Shown piece after piece: positions 10,354-21,396 of a stretch of DNA of 39,483 nucleotides (position 1 is the first letter of the stretch; every line of letters starts with the position of its first letter). The stretch spans positions 1-39,483 of the IMG/VR virus record IMGVR_UViG_2563366928_000012; one strand, given 5' to 3'. Source of the stretch: a virus (lineage: Duplodnaviria > Heunggongvirae > Uroviricota > Caudoviricetes). A model generated the notes under the pieces. The model had not been told where the DNA came from. It ran no database searches and saw nothing but the letters and a program-made list of their open reading frames with translations. Both the position numbers and the translations under genes were made by a program.

Positions 10354-11046
10354 TTAAAACAGCGAACCAAGCAGACCAAGACCAGCACCGATACCAGCAC
10401 CCCACGGAGTTGATAGCTGGAGAGCACTGGCTATACCACCACCCAAAAGCGCACCGGATGCAGCACCACTAACACCCTGCCGCAATGCTGACGGTCGGTT
10501 GGCGTTTGCCGCCGCCAGCGCCGCGCTTTGCTGTGAAATCTGACTCATGTTGTTGGCATATGTTTGCCCGGCGTTTGCCTGTCCCTGAAGAGCGCCAAGA
10601 CCGATATTTGCCAGGTTGTTGTAATTGTTCATTTGTCCAGATAGCCATTGCTGACCAAGCGTTGGTGCGATTGTTGCTAACTGATTACTGGTTGCGGTGG
10701 AACCCAATCCACCTGTTGCTTCCGCTGCCGCCAGACTCTGATAGCGAGCCTGACCAGCAAGGTCTTTATACTGCTGAGAGTTGTAATACTGGTTAAGTGC
10801 CTGACCTTGCCCTTCCAGAGACGATAAGTTCTCAAGGCTGCCGACATACTTCCCAGCCAGAGGAGTAAACGGCTTCAGGTTGTTCATGATGGTGTTGAAC
10901 TGCTGATTTTGCAGGTCTGCGGCATACTTCTGAGCTTCTGCGGCATACTTTGCACTTTTATCAGAACTGCCACCTTTCCCGCCTTTTTCAGGGCAATAAG
11001 GTTCCTCGCCGCGCAGTTTTCTGCCCAGCTTAAATGCATATAACAT
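10354..11046 (-). CDS. Ejection protein, P22 gp7-like
   Basis: 230 aa, Gln/Ala-rich, position and size as P22 gp7. Confidence 0.6.
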   Translation of the reverse strand: MLYAFKLGRKLRGEEPYCPEKGGKGGSSDKSAKYAAEAQKYAADLQNQQFNTIMNNLKPFTPLAGKYVGSLENLSSLEGQGQALNQYYNSQQYKDLAGQARYQSLAAAEATGGLGSTATSNQLATIAPTLGQQWLSGQMNNYNNLANIGLGALQGQANAGQTYANNMSQISQQSAALAAANANRPSALRQGVSGAASGALLGGGIASALQLSTPWGAGIGAGLGLLGSLF

Positions 11047-11048
11047 GG

Positions 11049-11504
11049 CTATCTCCCGTGATTCAGGAAGTCGATTAGTTCTTCACGTGTTGCGCTGTAA
11101 AAAGTCACGTCATCCACGCCTTTGAAGTATTTCTTGATGGTTCCTACACGCTTAAGGCCAATCATTGCGCAGTACATCTGACCGTGGCGGAATTTGCGCG
11201 CAGCGAACGATGTGACGCACTGAACGGTGGTGTTAGTCAGAATGTATCGCCAGAACGCCAGCCCGATTTCCTTGCTGAAGCCGCGAATCTCTGGCAGGTA
11301 CATGGCGTGGCAATCGAATGTCAGCGGCTGAATCTCCTGATAGTAAACAATGCCGCCGAACTGTCCGTGCACGTTAACCTCAAAGTAACGGCATTCAGGC
11401 TTGTAGTCGTATCCATCACCGTTGTTGCTCCCGGCAATAATGTCAGGGTGATTTCCCACGGCTTCTATCAGGTCGATGTTTCGTGTTGGTTTGAATGTAA
11501 TCAT
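11049..11504 (-). CDS. P22 gp14-like protein
   Basis: 151 aa between tail needle and gp7. Confidence 0.55.
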   Translation of the reverse strand: MITFKPTRNIDLIEAVGNHPDIIAGSNNGDGYDYKPECRYFEVNVHGQFGGIVYYQEIQPLTFDCHAMYLPEIRGFSKEIGLAFWRYILTNTTVQCVTSFAARKFRHGQMYCAMIGLKRVGTIKKYFKGVDDVTFYSATREELIDFLNHGR

Positions 11505-12205
11505 CAGTCAATCAGCCCATGTAATCTAAGTGCTGTTTCAAGCGCCAGAATACGCTGCCGCGCCTGCTCCAAACCTGTAGCGATAGCTGCGACTTCGGAT
11601 TGTGTGTACGTAGTGCCGACCGTGTATGACTGGTTAGCGTTGAATGAGCCAAGAAGAGGTGTACCTGTGGCTGCAGTCCATCCGGTATTTCTTGCTCCAA
11701 CAACCTGAATTCCATCAACTGAATATGATGTTTTTACATCCAGCGGTGACGCAAGAGACTGCAATTTGGTTACGGTTTTCGATACGTAATCACTCTTAAT
11801 GTCAGATACATCGCTTTCTACGCCATCCAGTCTTTTGTCAACAGTGACCAGATGCGCCTGAATATCGATAACCTCATCCAGCAAGTAATCAACATCGCTA
11901 CGCAGTACGACTATCTTCCCTTCGGCGGTTGTTAACCTGACCTCAAGGAGATTTATCGCTTTTGTGTTTGCGGTGATTCTTGAATCGTGATCTGCCAGTT
12001 CGACGTCCTGTTCATCGTTTTTCACCTGAGCATCGTAAGCGCCCTGACCAGCCTGATTTGCCTTCCCGGCAATTGCGCCGACATCAGCCCCCTGATTAAT
12101 GACATACAGCAGGTAAGACTGGCTGAATATATTGCGTGGAAGGATTGATGTATCGAGCCGCGTCGCCTGCACAATAACAGGGGTGTTGAGATTCGAATCA
12201 GCCAT
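11504..12205 (-). CDS. Tail needle (P22 gp26-like)
   Basis: 233 aa from [25 protein letters not shown], close to recalled P22 gp26 N-terminus; coiled-coil heptads. Confidence 0.8.
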   Translation of the reverse strand: MADSNLNTPVIVQATRLDTSILPRNIFSQSYLLYVINQGADVGAIAGKANQAGQGAYDAQVKNDEQDVELADHDSRITANTKAINLLEVRLTTAEGKIVVLRSDVDYLLDEVIDIQAHLVTVDKRLDGVESDVSDIKSDYVSKTVTKLQSLASPLDVKTSYSVDGIQVVGARNTGWTAATGTPLLGSFNANQSYTVGTTYTQSEVAAIATGLEQARQRILALETALRLHGLID

Positions 12206-13623
12206 TACTCGATCCTTATCTGAGCGCCAGACAGAGTGACAGGTGACTTCGTGATAACGCGCAATTTGAAGCCGACATTTTTCCTGATGCGCCCTACTCG
12301 CTTCCACAAAACGCGTTTGTCGTAAACGAACGGTTCATTCTGCTCAATCATCTGCTCACGTCCGTAATTGATGCCGTCAGTGGTTGCAGAGAGGAACAGG
12401 CGGTCAGCGTACTGAGCGACACCAGTCGATGATTCAACTTCCAGATCAAAACATCTGGCGTTCTCAGCTTTGAAGAGTGGTGTAAACAACAGGTGTTCTT
12501 GCTGTAGCCCATACTGGCTGCTGATATCGAACTGCAATTTGCCGATAACCGATTCCAGCTTATCTCCGCACGTTATCTGATTGCCTTCGTAAATGAAGTC
12601 GATAGCGCGGTACACATCGTCATACAAGCCTGTTTTCAGCACACACCATTGCGGACCATTAGCGCTTGAAGATGCGTCGTACACGAGAACATGGCGAGGA
12701 AGGTGGATAATCAGCAACTCATGAGCATCAAATCGCAGCGATTCCATCACACCATCAGCCAGTTCATCAGCAGTGTAGGAGCGTAGTATTTTCTCAATGC
12801 TCGCGCTGGCGATTGGTGATACCTGCCCGGAACCGATGATGTATACAGATGGCGCACCTGTTGCCGGATTGCTGATGAACGCATAAGAATCAGCGAATGG
12901 CGTTTTGCAGTAAGTCCCGGCAATACCTTTCTGCACCATCAGCGATGGCTGGGCGACATACAAAGCAGCACCAACGGTGGTTGCACCAGTCAGGGAAAAA
13001 TACTCAATCGTCGATGAACCAAAGCAGACGATGAAGTCTCGCCATGTTCCGATTCCGATGATGCCGTCAGGCTGCGACTCGGCACGATATTGTGCGCTGT
13101 AGCGGTCAGGATGCGATTCGTCTTCAAGGTCAGTGATAAACCATGAATCAGTGCCGTCTTTTGACCACGCATAACGCCCGCGTAAGCGCGTAATGTCACG
13201 AACAGAACCTAACTCATACTGCGTGAATCCGCTGTCTGTAGGCCAGTTTGAGACGGTTTTAACCGTGCCATCATAGCGATACTCGACCAGTTGACCATTA
13301 ACGCCTACAGCCTGAGATGTCCGACCATGTGCCATTGATACGCGACCACTTCCGGCGACGTCACCGACTTCACTTTCGCCTTTGTAGAGCTTGCCACCAC
13401 ACACGCGATAAACAGCATTCTGCGCCATGTTGTACTCGACGCCGCGCGATACTCCGTTCACATCAGAACGTTTGGCAATGCCCGGGAATGAACGAAGATA
13501 TCCGCTGCTGTTAAGGATTTCTTTGGGGGTAGCCAACATATTCACTGGCAGATAGTCGATATAGTCGGCGTTTCGAAAGTCTTTGCCGACACCTTTCATA
13601 AGCGGAAGTTGCTGAATCGGCAT
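12205..13623 (-). CDS. Tail hub protein (P22 gp10-like)
   Basis: 472 aa, size and position as P22 gp10. Confidence 0.7.
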   Translation of the reverse strand: MPIQQLPLMKGVGKDFRNADYIDYLPVNMLATPKEILNSSGYLRSFPGIAKRSDVNGVSRGVEYNMAQNAVYRVCGGKLYKGESEVGDVAGSGRVSMAHGRTSQAVGVNGQLVEYRYDGTVKTVSNWPTDSGFTQYELGSVRDITRLRGRYAWSKDGTDSWFITDLEDESHPDRYSAQYRAESQPDGIIGIGTWRDFIVCFGSSTIEYFSLTGATTVGAALYVAQPSLMVQKGIAGTYCKTPFADSYAFISNPATGAPSVYIIGSGQVSPIASASIEKILRSYTADELADGVMESLRFDAHELLIIHLPRHVLVYDASSSANGPQWCVLKTGLYDDVYRAIDFIYEGNQITCGDKLESVIGKLQFDISSQYGLQQEHLLFTPLFKAENARCFDLEVESSTGVAQYADRLFLSATTDGINYGREQMIEQNEPFVYDKRVLWKRVGRIRKNVGFKLRVITKSPVTLSGAQIRIE

Positions 13624-13632
13624 TTATTCACC

Positions 13633-14094
13633 TCACGTACTCGGATCATCTTTCTCGATGTAAAACCGATTCCACGTAAACGCGCTTTTGTTACCACTAC
13701 CGCGAGGCATGTCATTTCGCCGCTCAAGTGGTGGTATTTTGGTTAAAGCGATGCAGATTGTCTGATATGCACTGTCAGCAGCGGTAAGGAGAGCGTCTGA
13801 CGGCTGAATGACGTTATCCATGCACACTTGCACAGCGAGTTTCAAAGCGACGCCATCATTTGCCCATGCAGGGATACCTGAATCATCGTCAGGTAACGGC
13901 ATGATGCCGTTTTCTGTATCAGCAAACTGATACCCAAGCTCGATACCTTTAGCCTGCCATGCTGCCATCATGTCTTCGAGGTCATTAATGGCATCTTCAA
14001 TTGCCTGAGGTTCAGCATCTGTCAACGTGGCATTGGAATACAGCCCAGCTTTTCGTAAAGCCTTTAGAACGAGATCACCCTTCGTTTTCGCCAT
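13633..14094 (-). CDS. Tail adaptor / head completion protein (P22 gp4-like)
   Basis: 153 aa, position between coat region and gp10. Confidence 0.6.
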   Translation of the reverse strand: MAKTKGDLVLKALRKAGLYSNATLTDAEPQAIEDAINDLEDMMAAWQAKGIELGYQFADTENGIMPLPDDDSGIPAWANDGVALKLAVQVCMDNVIQPSDALLTAADSAYQTICIALTKIPPLERRNDMPRGSGNKSAFTWNRFYIEKDDPST

Positions 14095-14263
14095 CTTCTT
14101 CCGCCTTAGCCACTTTTTGCTTCGTTGCGGTTTCTTCAGGAGTTTTTACCCAGCCTTTTTTCAGGTGAGATTTAACTTCTTCGTCATCAACAATGATGTA
14201 ATCGACAGCAAACTGACCACAGGTGATCATGTTGCCCGGCTTATAGAGCATTGTTCGTGCCAT
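14075..14263 (-). CDS. Small hypothetical protein downstream of coat
   Basis: 62 aa from ATG (MARTMLYKPG...) with GGGAGAAG RBS. Confidence 0.4.
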   Translation of the reverse strand: MARTMLYKPGNMITCGQFAVDYIIVDDEEVKSHLKKGWVKTPEETATKQKVAKAEEDGENEG

Positions 14264-14271
14264 TGTCTTCT

Positions 14272-14297
14272 CCCAATAAAAATGGGGCCGAAGCCCC
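14272..14297 (-). terminator. Intrinsic terminator after coat gene
   Basis: GGGGC-TTCG-GCCCC then ATTTTTATT on the minus strand. Confidence 0.5.
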
Positions 14298-14304
14298 ACC
14301 TAAA

Positions 14305-15558
14305 TTACTGCCCGGCAATAACGATGCCCGTATATTCAGGAACCAGTACAGAGCAACCGTACAGAGTGGTGAAACGCGCAGTGGTTACGCCTTTGATGTG
14401 GTCGAAGGAGTAAGACATGATCAGCGTAGCGCCCTGCTCGGTGGTTGCCGTCATTACCTGTGGACCCTGACCAGTCGGGAACGCCAGTTTGCCGTACATC
14501 AGCTCAACAGAACCATCAGCCCAGAACAGGTTAGCAGGTGCTGCGTTCTTGTTGAGAATGGTGATTGCTGCTGATTCTGCCGGTTTGGCATCGACGTTTG
14601 CATATGGACGACTCGCAACATCGGTATTTTCAACAGGGAGAATCTTTGGAGAGATTGTTACGGTAGTTCCGCTAACAGCCAGAACACGGAATACCTGCGG
14701 TTGCCCGGTGGTATCTTTTGTGATCTGGTGTACGGAATTCACACCGGCAATGGTGAACGCATCACCAACCTGCAAGCCAGATGCAGATACCGTAATAGTC
14801 CCCTGTCGGTTATCAACTGGCATACCATTTGAATCTTTCGCTTCAACCTTGTGTTCAGGTTGGCCTGATACTGTCAAGGATTCAGCGCTTCCTTTCGGTA
14901 ATCGACCAGAAATATCGGTCTTGTAGCTATCAAAGGAAGCAACCGGAGGGATCTGCGCTTTTTCGTATGCTGTCAGGGTTGCGCCCTGAGCATAGGCACG
15001 GTGACCAAGCTCGCCAGCAAGGTCTTTGTAGTTGAAGGGGTTCCAGAAAGAGCGACGATTGATACCCTGCGGTACACCAATCGCCGTCATGGTGGCATCA
15101 ATACCTGCCGCACAGTTCCACAAATCACGGCCCTGTGTGCCTGTGGTTGAGTCAGCCATCGTGATCACGTTAGTAGCACGCTGCGTGACCATGGAAATCA
15201 GGTCCGAGTCAATCTGTGCAGCAAGGCGCATACCTGCGGCGCGACCAGCTTCAGTTTTATGTTCCGGGTCACGCATTTCACGCGCATCCAGAGTGTACAG
15301 AATGTTTTTCGGCTCCTTGAACACAGAAGGAACAAGGCGCTGAACCAGTGCTGTTGGCGTTTTGCCGCTGAGGTCTAGGCCCTCCTCAATGTTCATGTGG
15401 TAATGCTGCGGACGATACAGAACATCACCTGCTCGCTGCATTGCTGTATCACCGGGACGGAATTTTTTAGCGTTACGGGAAACTACGCAGGCGGCCTCAA
15501 AGCCTTCAACGTAGTTTTCGAACATGATTTCAAGGTCTTTTGCTAATTGGTTAGCCAT
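14305..15558 (-). CDS. Major coat protein (P22/Sf6 gp5-like)
   Basis: 417 aa, position after scaffold. Confidence 0.7.
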   Translation of the reverse strand: MANQLAKDLEIMFENYVEGFEAACVVSRNAKKFRPGDTAMQRAGDVLYRPQHYHMNIEEGLDLSGKTPTALVQRLVPSVFKEPKNILYTLDAREMRDPEHKTEAGRAAGMRLAAQIDSDLISMVTQRATNVITMADSTTGTQGRDLWNCAAGIDATMTAIGVPQGINRRSFWNPFNYKDLAGELGHRAYAQGATLTAYEKAQIPPVASFDSYKTDISGRLPKGSAESLTVSGQPEHKVEAKDSNGMPVDNRQGTITVSASGLQVGDAFTIAGVNSVHQITKDTTGQPQVFRVLAVSGTTVTISPKILPVENTDVASRPYANVDAKPAESAAITILNKNAAPANLFWADGSVELMYGKLAFPTGQGPQVMTATTEQGATLIMSYSFDHIKGVTTARFTTLYGCSVLVPEYTGIVIAGQ

Positions 15559-15576
15559 GCTTAATGCTCCGATAGG

Positions 15577-16470
15577 TTATTTTTTTGCCTTTTTAGCGGC
15601 GAAATACGGCGTCCAGTCACCAGTTTCCAGCGCCTTGGCTTTCAGTTTGTCGAGGTTATTGATTACTGCGCCGTTGCTCCCCTTAACTGTCGGGGTTGTG
15701 GCTGCCGTGGTTTTTGCTTTTGGCATGATTCTGGCCTTCGATTCGATACGTTCCAGCAGACGACCAATTGCTACGGGGTTGGTAGCTTCTGCCAGTTGCT
15801 TGCGCAGTTCAGCGTTGCGACCGAGTGCCAGAACAACGATTTCCGGCTTCTCTGACTCAAACAGGATCGCGTTTTGTGTCTCGATGGGGATTTCCTCGAG
15901 TACGGCCTGCTCAGCTTCCTGATAGCCAGGAACTTTGAGAGCCTTAACACGTTGCTGATATTTGGATAATCGCTCTTGATAGGCAGCCTGAAGCTCCTGC
16001 TCCTTCTGCTTGCGAGCCATCTCCTGTTGCTGGTACTTGCCGTTATCCTCTGCCCACTTAGCCATGCGTTGCTGGTAGATTTCTTCATCGAAACCGATGT
16101 CCTCATCATCCAGTTTTGGCATTCGCGGTGGTTGAGTGATTACCGGCTGCTGCTCGACGGGTTTCTGAGACTGACGCATCAGCTCTTTCAGCTCGCGGTC
16201 TTTCTCTTTAATCGTCTTGCGCAGGTGTTTTACCAGTCCATGCTCTGCGCCATCTTCGCTGGTTGGCGAATCCAGCTTTTCGTCACCAAAGTAGAATTCC
16301 TGTTCTGATTCGTCGTCATCAGTTTCAGTAGCTTCCTCTGCATCATTGCCGGAGGACTCACTGCCATCTTCTGTTTCGACTTCTTCAGCCAGTTCGACAT
16401 CATCAGGAATCTGCTCTGACGCGTCGGTTTCGATTTCAACTTCTGGTGTGTTTTCTGCCATCTGGTCCAT
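15577..16470 (-). CDS. Scaffolding protein
   Basis: 297 aa, highly charged and helical, acidic N-terminus, between portal and coat. Confidence 0.7.
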   Translation of the reverse strand: MDQMAENTPEVEIETDASEQIPDDVELAEEVETEDGSESSGNDAEEATETDDDESEQEFYFGDEKLDSPTSEDGAEHGLVKHLRKTIKEKDRELKELMRQSQKPVEQQPVITQPPRMPKLDDEDIGFDEEIYQQRMAKWAEDNGKYQQQEMARKQKEQELQAAYQERLSKYQQRVKALKVPGYQEAEQAVLEEIPIETQNAILFESEKPEIVVLALGRNAELRKQLAEATNPVAIGRLLERIESKARIMPKAKTTAATTPTVKGSNGAVINNLDKLKAKALETGDWTPYFAAKKAKK

Positions 16471-16560
16471 TTGTTACCCCTGTTTACTCGATGTTCAGCC
16501 CATCGGAAGGCAATAGGGTGCCAGGCCTCATAAAGACAGCCATTGCACGTTATTGGTTAA

Positions 16561-18759
16561 TTACTGCTGTGGTTGTTGCTGGGTTGATTTTTGCAGGATG
16601 CTGCTGATGTCCATTCGTTGTGCATGGCCCTGTGCCTGACTTTTCAGGACAAGCTCTGCATCAGCACGGGCATTGTCTCCTTGCTGTTGCTGGAACTGTC
16701 CGAGCAGTTTCAGCGCCTCACGGATATCAGATTTTTGCTGGCTATCGGCAGATGCGAGGATTTTCACAACATTTGCCGCAGCAACCTGAGCATCCGTCTG
16801 TGCCTGGAATGCTTTAACCTGAATGGCTGCTTGTTCGTTCTGCGCTTTCTGCAATTCAGCCTGACCAGCAAGAAGCTGACCTTGCGCAGCAACCATAGCC
16901 GGATCTGGCTGACTGGCCTGTTGTTGTTTCGCTTGTTCAACCATCTGCTGTTCTTCAGGCGTTCTCGGCTTGATAACGCCAGACAGAAGCAACTGATTGC
17001 GGTTGTATTCTTTAAGGTCGTCCATCCCTTCGCCGTCCATATTGTCGAGAATCATCGACGATACAAGGTCGTGCTTCTGCGTTCCTGGTGGGATAAGTGC
17101 CAGCATGGAAAGTAACGACTTAACCGTTGCATCACGGCGAGTAGCAAACGACTGACCAACATCGACAGTCACTTCATAGTTACCCTGCGAAAGGTCGTTA
17201 AGAGCGATAACCTGCCCTGTCTGACGGTCAACCACTTCACCAGTCATCAGCGCCACGTCATCGCTGCCGTCCTCATTAACGATACGCATCGGCGTATCAC
17301 TTCCATAGACCTCACGCGCCATAGAAAGCCACACAACGCCAGCGCGACGCATGGATTTAGCCATGTTGTCCATGTAGATATAGGACTGCGTGTCCATCCG
17401 GTTAAAGATGCTATCAACGGTATCGGTGGCGACGTTGCTCGGCATGTTCTCAAGCTGCGACGCACCTGTAATTTGCTGAATAGCCGTTCCGGTGTACTGT
17501 AATAGCCCGGCAAGAGCAGGAGGCATTTGTGTTGGAGGTGTATAACTGCTGACCTGAGCCTGCGCAGTAATATCTCCATTTTTGTTTTTCAGACTGACCA
17601 TCGGCAGGAACGCCGGGCGCTTTTTGTTGCGCTCCGCCCAATGAGTGGCGAGAGGGCCAGGAATCATGTCAACATCAACTACAGGAATGCCATCACCGCC
17701 AGCCTGAGTGGCGTTATCTGCAATCATGGAAACCATCAGGTTCTCAAGACGCTGTGCATCCATCGCTTTTGCTGCGTGGCCTTCGATTCGCTCCTGATTA
17801 TCAACAAATGAACGACGCCCATATACCGGGATGAGTGGAATATGTTCGCCAGGAATACGCTTCGGTTCTTCCAGCCATTCAGCGCCAGACAGAAGGCCGC
17901 AATAAACGCGGCGTTTCTTCACCGTTCGCTCACCAATCAGTTCGAATGCGCCATCGGTCAGCTCGTCGACAATATCTTTGATTTGCTCTTCATCATAGAT
18001 TGCCGTTTCTCCGCTGACAGGATTGCGCCACGCCGTGAGCTTCACCTTCTCTATGCGAACTTCGTAGTAGCGTCCAACATAGATGGCATCTGGCGTTGAC
18101 CAGTCATACTGAGTACCAGTGTCATCACGAGAAAGGCTTGCCGCGATGGAATCAGGGTATTCAGCCTCGAACGCTTTAGGCGTCATGGAGAACATTTCCA
18201 TAGCCCACATAGCATCAGAGCGGTCATATTGCTTGCTGTCCTGATCGAAGAAGACGCATGTCGCTGGGTCGTAAACAGGAAGAAGGCTGATGCGTCGCTG
18301 CTCGTTACTTGGGTCCATTTCATCTTCGTAATCGGCACACATGCGGAAACAACCGAATCCGCCTGTTACAGCATCATCAAATGCGTTATCACACGCTTCG
18401 CCACCGGATGTTTCCTGATAGTCAGCGCGGAATTTGCCGTTCATCTTTTCGGCTAACGCTTCCGATGCCTTATCGTCCTTCGGCCTGAATTTAACGCTGA
18501 TGCGATTCTGTCGATACTCGCCAATGATGCGATCACATTCACGGGCAATCTTATTCAGTTCAAAGCGCGGGTAATGCTCAAACCTGCCTTCATCAAATGA
18601 GTAACCAGCGTTTGTGCTGCCTTCCCACTGTGCGCCGGACACCCGGACGAAACGTTGAGCCTCAATAATCTGCTCACGCATATCCTGCGTTGCTGACCAG
18701 GCATTATCAAAGTTGCACAGCACCTTGCGATGCCAGTCAGTCATCTTTTTTTCTGCCAT
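16561..18759 (-). CDS. Portal protein
   Basis: 732 aa with Gln-rich C-terminal barrel-like tail, directly after TerL. Confidence 0.75.
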   Translation of the reverse strand: MAEKKMTDWHRKVLCNFDNAWSATQDMREQIIEAQRFVRVSGAQWEGSTNAGYSFDEGRFEHYPRFELNKIARECDRIIGEYRQNRISVKFRPKDDKASEALAEKMNGKFRADYQETSGGEACDNAFDDAVTGGFGCFRMCADYEDEMDPSNEQRRISLLPVYDPATCVFFDQDSKQYDRSDAMWAMEMFSMTPKAFEAEYPDSIAASLSRDDTGTQYDWSTPDAIYVGRYYEVRIEKVKLTAWRNPVSGETAIYDEEQIKDIVDELTDGAFELIGERTVKKRRVYCGLLSGAEWLEEPKRIPGEHIPLIPVYGRRSFVDNQERIEGHAAKAMDAQRLENLMVSMIADNATQAGGDGIPVVDVDMIPGPLATHWAERNKKRPAFLPMVSLKNKNGDITAQAQVSSYTPPTQMPPALAGLLQYTGTAIQQITGASQLENMPSNVATDTVDSIFNRMDTQSYIYMDNMAKSMRRAGVVWLSMAREVYGSDTPMRIVNEDGSDDVALMTGEVVDRQTGQVIALNDLSQGNYEVTVDVGQSFATRRDATVKSLLSMLALIPPGTQKHDLVSSMILDNMDGEGMDDLKEYNRNQLLLSGVIKPRTPEEQQMVEQAKQQQASQPDPAMVAAQGQLLAGQAELQKAQNEQAAIQVKAFQAQTDAQVAAANVVKILASADSQQKSDIREALKLLGQFQQQQGDNARADAELVLKSQAQGHAQRMDISSILQKSTQQQPQQ

Positions 18760-18760
18760 A

Positions 18761-20176
18761 TCAACCTACACCACAAGGAATTGAGTAACTGGAATAGTCG
18801 GGTTGCGCAGCCGACTCCGGGCAATGCATACACATCATCAGTGCATCAGCCAGGTTAGGAGATGGAATACCGAGCTTCTGCTTCATTTCGACCTTAGTCA
18901 TAAGCTCCAGCTTCCCGTTATTATTGAATTTGCGCTGAATCTGCGTCAGTTCTGCAAACAGCTTCTCCAGCATCTTCTCGCCTATCACTTCTTTGTCGAA
19001 ACTCAGCATGTCGTCGGGGTCTGCATACTCACCGTGGACAACCGCCCGATATGTCAGATACAGCCTGTCAGCCAGCGCGTAATAGAATTGCGCTCGCTTA
19101 TTGCGGAATACATCGCCAATAGTGCGAACGTTGTCGCCCTGTACGACTTCATCAGCCCATGCTCCGGCCTGATACGGAGCATCTTCATCGAATGGCGATT
19201 CGCTGCCCTTGAACATCGTGGCGGTGATTTTCTTGCCGGAGAACGCTTCCGTTGTCTGTCTGCGTAGCCCGGCACCGACACCATCGCCATCCCACAGGTA
19301 GTGGTCAGCGCCGTCTTCAATCGCCAGCGAAGTAGCCCAGTCAGCACCCTCGTTGATGTCCATCAGCAGGCCTTCGGCAATGCGCTTAACCACCGAACCG
19401 TGACGCGATGCGTAACCTTTAGCATCTGGCCCTGTATCTGACGGGTCATGCGCAGAGACAACCGCGCCTTTCGCTTTCCATCCGAGTTTCTTGTGCGCAT
19501 CGGTTGCGGCTTCAAGCCATTCACGTTTGATGATTGCCATATCACTTGCGCTTACTGGCTCACCAAGCCAGATGTGACGATACAGTGTCGGATTTCTGCG
19601 TTTACACTCTTCCATCTCCAGACGGAGAACTTCAGGAAAGTGCGGGTTGTCGGTGTAGTTCACCGTCAGCAGACAAATATCATCAGGAGGATTTACGACG
19701 AATCGCTGATAGGTATCGTCGAGGATGTTCTTCGGGTTAAAGCTCACCCATATTTCGGAAAACGGCTTGCGGATGGTTGGTATCAGGATATCCCACGATT
19801 CCTTTGTTACCGCTTCCGCTTCTTCCACCCAGCAGATATCAATGCCTTCGAGCGATTTAATCTTCGTCGGGTTGTTTTTGATGCCGTAGAACATGAATTC
19901 AGCATTCGTTCCGAGATGACGAATCATTGAACGCTGAATTTCAAACTCAGCCGAATACCCTTCACGCTCGATGGTGTCTTCAAGCAACCTGATTACCGAA
20001 TCGCTGATACTGTTTTGCAGCTCACGAGCGCAAAGAATACGCACAGGCTGCCGACGCGCCGCTTCAACAAGAAGCCTCGCAATTGCCCATGACTTACCGC
20101 TACCTCGACCGCCTTTGGCGACTTTGTAGCGATGCGCCTCAATGAACGGTTCAAAGATAGGATTAATCGAGGTCAT
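18761..20176 (-). CDS. Terminase large subunit
   Basis: 471 aa; Walker A-like GGRGSGKS near N-terminus; position. Confidence 0.8.
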   Translation of the reverse strand: MTSINPIFEPFIEAHRYKVAKGGRGSGKSWAIARLLVEAARRQPVRILCARELQNSISDSVIRLLEDTIEREGYSAEFEIQRSMIRHLGTNAEFMFYGIKNNPTKIKSLEGIDICWVEEAEAVTKESWDILIPTIRKPFSEIWVSFNPKNILDDTYQRFVVNPPDDICLLTVNYTDNPHFPEVLRLEMEECKRRNPTLYRHIWLGEPVSASDMAIIKREWLEAATDAHKKLGWKAKGAVVSAHDPSDTGPDAKGYASRHGSVVKRIAEGLLMDINEGADWATSLAIEDGADHYLWDGDGVGAGLRRQTTEAFSGKKITATMFKGSESPFDEDAPYQAGAWADEVVQGDNVRTIGDVFRNKRAQFYYALADRLYLTYRAVVHGEYADPDDMLSFDKEVIGEKMLEKLFAELTQIQRKFNNNGKLELMTKVEMKQKLGIPSPNLADALMMCMHCPESAAQPDYSSYSIPCGVG

Positions 20177-20613
20177 TTTCCGAATAGAGTGCTCATCGGT
20201 GATGTTTCAATCTGGATTGCGCCGCCGTCTTTGCCTGTTAGCTCGTGATCAACCTTGTCGCGCCATTTATCCTTCTGTCGGTTCTTAAGCCAGAAGATGG
20301 CAGCTGTTGTATCAGGCGGGTAATACTTCTCAAGAGGAGTTTCGACAATTCTGTTTTCAATAACACGAATATCGATGTCTGGAGCCACGAAGCCCATAGC
20401 GCGTTGATAAAGACGATCACTAACTTCTGCATCAGCGACTGCCTTACCCTTTTTTATGGACTCTAAAAACTCCGGATATTCCAATTTCCAATTGTTGATT
20501 GTTGCCTCGCTAACTTCAAAGAAGTCCGCGAGTTCGGCGTCTGTACAGCCCAGCAAGCACAGTTTGCGTGCCTGTTCGGCATACGCCTCTTGATACTTCG
20601 TTGGGCGCGCCAT
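20173..20613 (-). CDS. Terminase small subunit
   Basis: 146 aa directly upstream of and overlapping TerL start. Confidence 0.65.
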   Translation of the reverse strand: MARPTKYQEAYAEQARKLCLLGCTDAELADFFEVSEATINNWKLEYPEFLESIKKGKAVADAEVSDRLYQRAMGFVAPDIDIRVIENRIVETPLEKYYPPDTTAAIFWLKNRQKDKWRDKVDHELTGKDGGAIQIETSPMSTLFGK

Positions 20614-20615
20614 GT

Positions 20616-20858
20616 TTATGCTCCGGTAGTGAACAGGTCTAACGCTTCCTTCGATTTACGCACCGCTTCGATAGTGCGGGTTGTGATATCCGAATTAGCG
20701 CCGCCTGACTGGAAGTGAATTTTGAATAGCTCAAGCTTCAGTTCGTCAGTGCCAATGAATTGAAATGCTTCTTCTGCGGCTGCGTTCTGGTTCATGACCA
20801 GTTTGTAAATCTCTAACTGGAATTTCTGTTCTTCAGTCATGGGAATAATCTCTGCCAT
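20616..20858 (-). CDS. Hypothetical small protein upstream of terS
   Basis: 80 aa ORF, tightly packed before terS. Confidence 0.4.
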   Translation of the reverse strand: MAEIIPMTEEQKFQLEIYKLVMNQNAAAEEAFQFIGTDELKLELFKIHFQSGGANSDITTRTIEAVRKSKEALDLFTTGA

Positions 20859-20961
20859 TGTTGGCTCCGTTTATCCGTTAAAAGGGATATCAGTTAAGTT
20901 ATCCCGTGTAGGGTATAAGCCATTATCAAAGCCACTCAGTAAGGAATGGCTTTTGTGATAG

Positions 20962-20987
20962 CAATAAAAAAGGCCGCCTGGGCGACC
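20962..20987 (-). terminator. Candidate intrinsic terminator upstream of packaging genes
   Basis: GGTCGCC-CAG-GCGGCC then TTTTTTATTGC on the minus strand (one stem mismatch). Confidence 0.4.
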
Positions 20988-20997
20988 TGTTAGTTGT

Positions 20998-21183
20998 TCA
21001 CAACTTCCATTGAAGGTCCAGTATGTCGAAAAATGATCCGCATTTAGGGGGATTTTCCATTCTTGCCCTCTCTTCAGCCGCTTTGTAATAAGCCATTGGC
21101 CTTTTCACACCATCAGCACCAGTGATATATTCAACGCCTTCCTTCTGGTCTTTGTTTACGGAAACCATCGCAACATCTTCCAC
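20998..21183 (-). CDS. Hypothetical small protein
   Basis: 61 aa ORF between lysis and packaging modules; start ambiguous. Confidence 0.3.
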   Translation of the reverse strand: MEDVAMVSVNKDQKEGVEYITGADGVKRPMAYYKAAEERARMENPPKCGSFFDILDLQWKL

Positions 21184-21396
21184 TTGTTCGTTATCGATTC
21201 AGCGGATGTCTTTCCATCAGTCCGCCACCACAAAGAATCTTTTTTGCCATAAGGCAGGAGGTTCATCTTTCAGTGGCTGCCAGTGTTATTTCCCCACTTA
21301 CTGGCTTGGGTTGTTTCGCGGTACTGCCGTAACTGGTTGCCCAGAATAAATTCCGGTTTCATTATCAAGCCCACCCATTGATGGGCTTTGTAATGA

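Noticed and set aside
16591-17115. 174-aa plus-strand ORF within the portal gene, and similar antisense ORFs across the structural cluster
   Set aside because: Embedded antisense to long conserved structural genes with no independent signals.
21184-21396. Plus-strand 75-aa ORF (21122-21349) and minus-strand 68-aa ORF (21270-21476) in the Rz-to-packaging spacer
   Set aside because: No RBS, overlap with better-supported neighbours, low-complexity translations.
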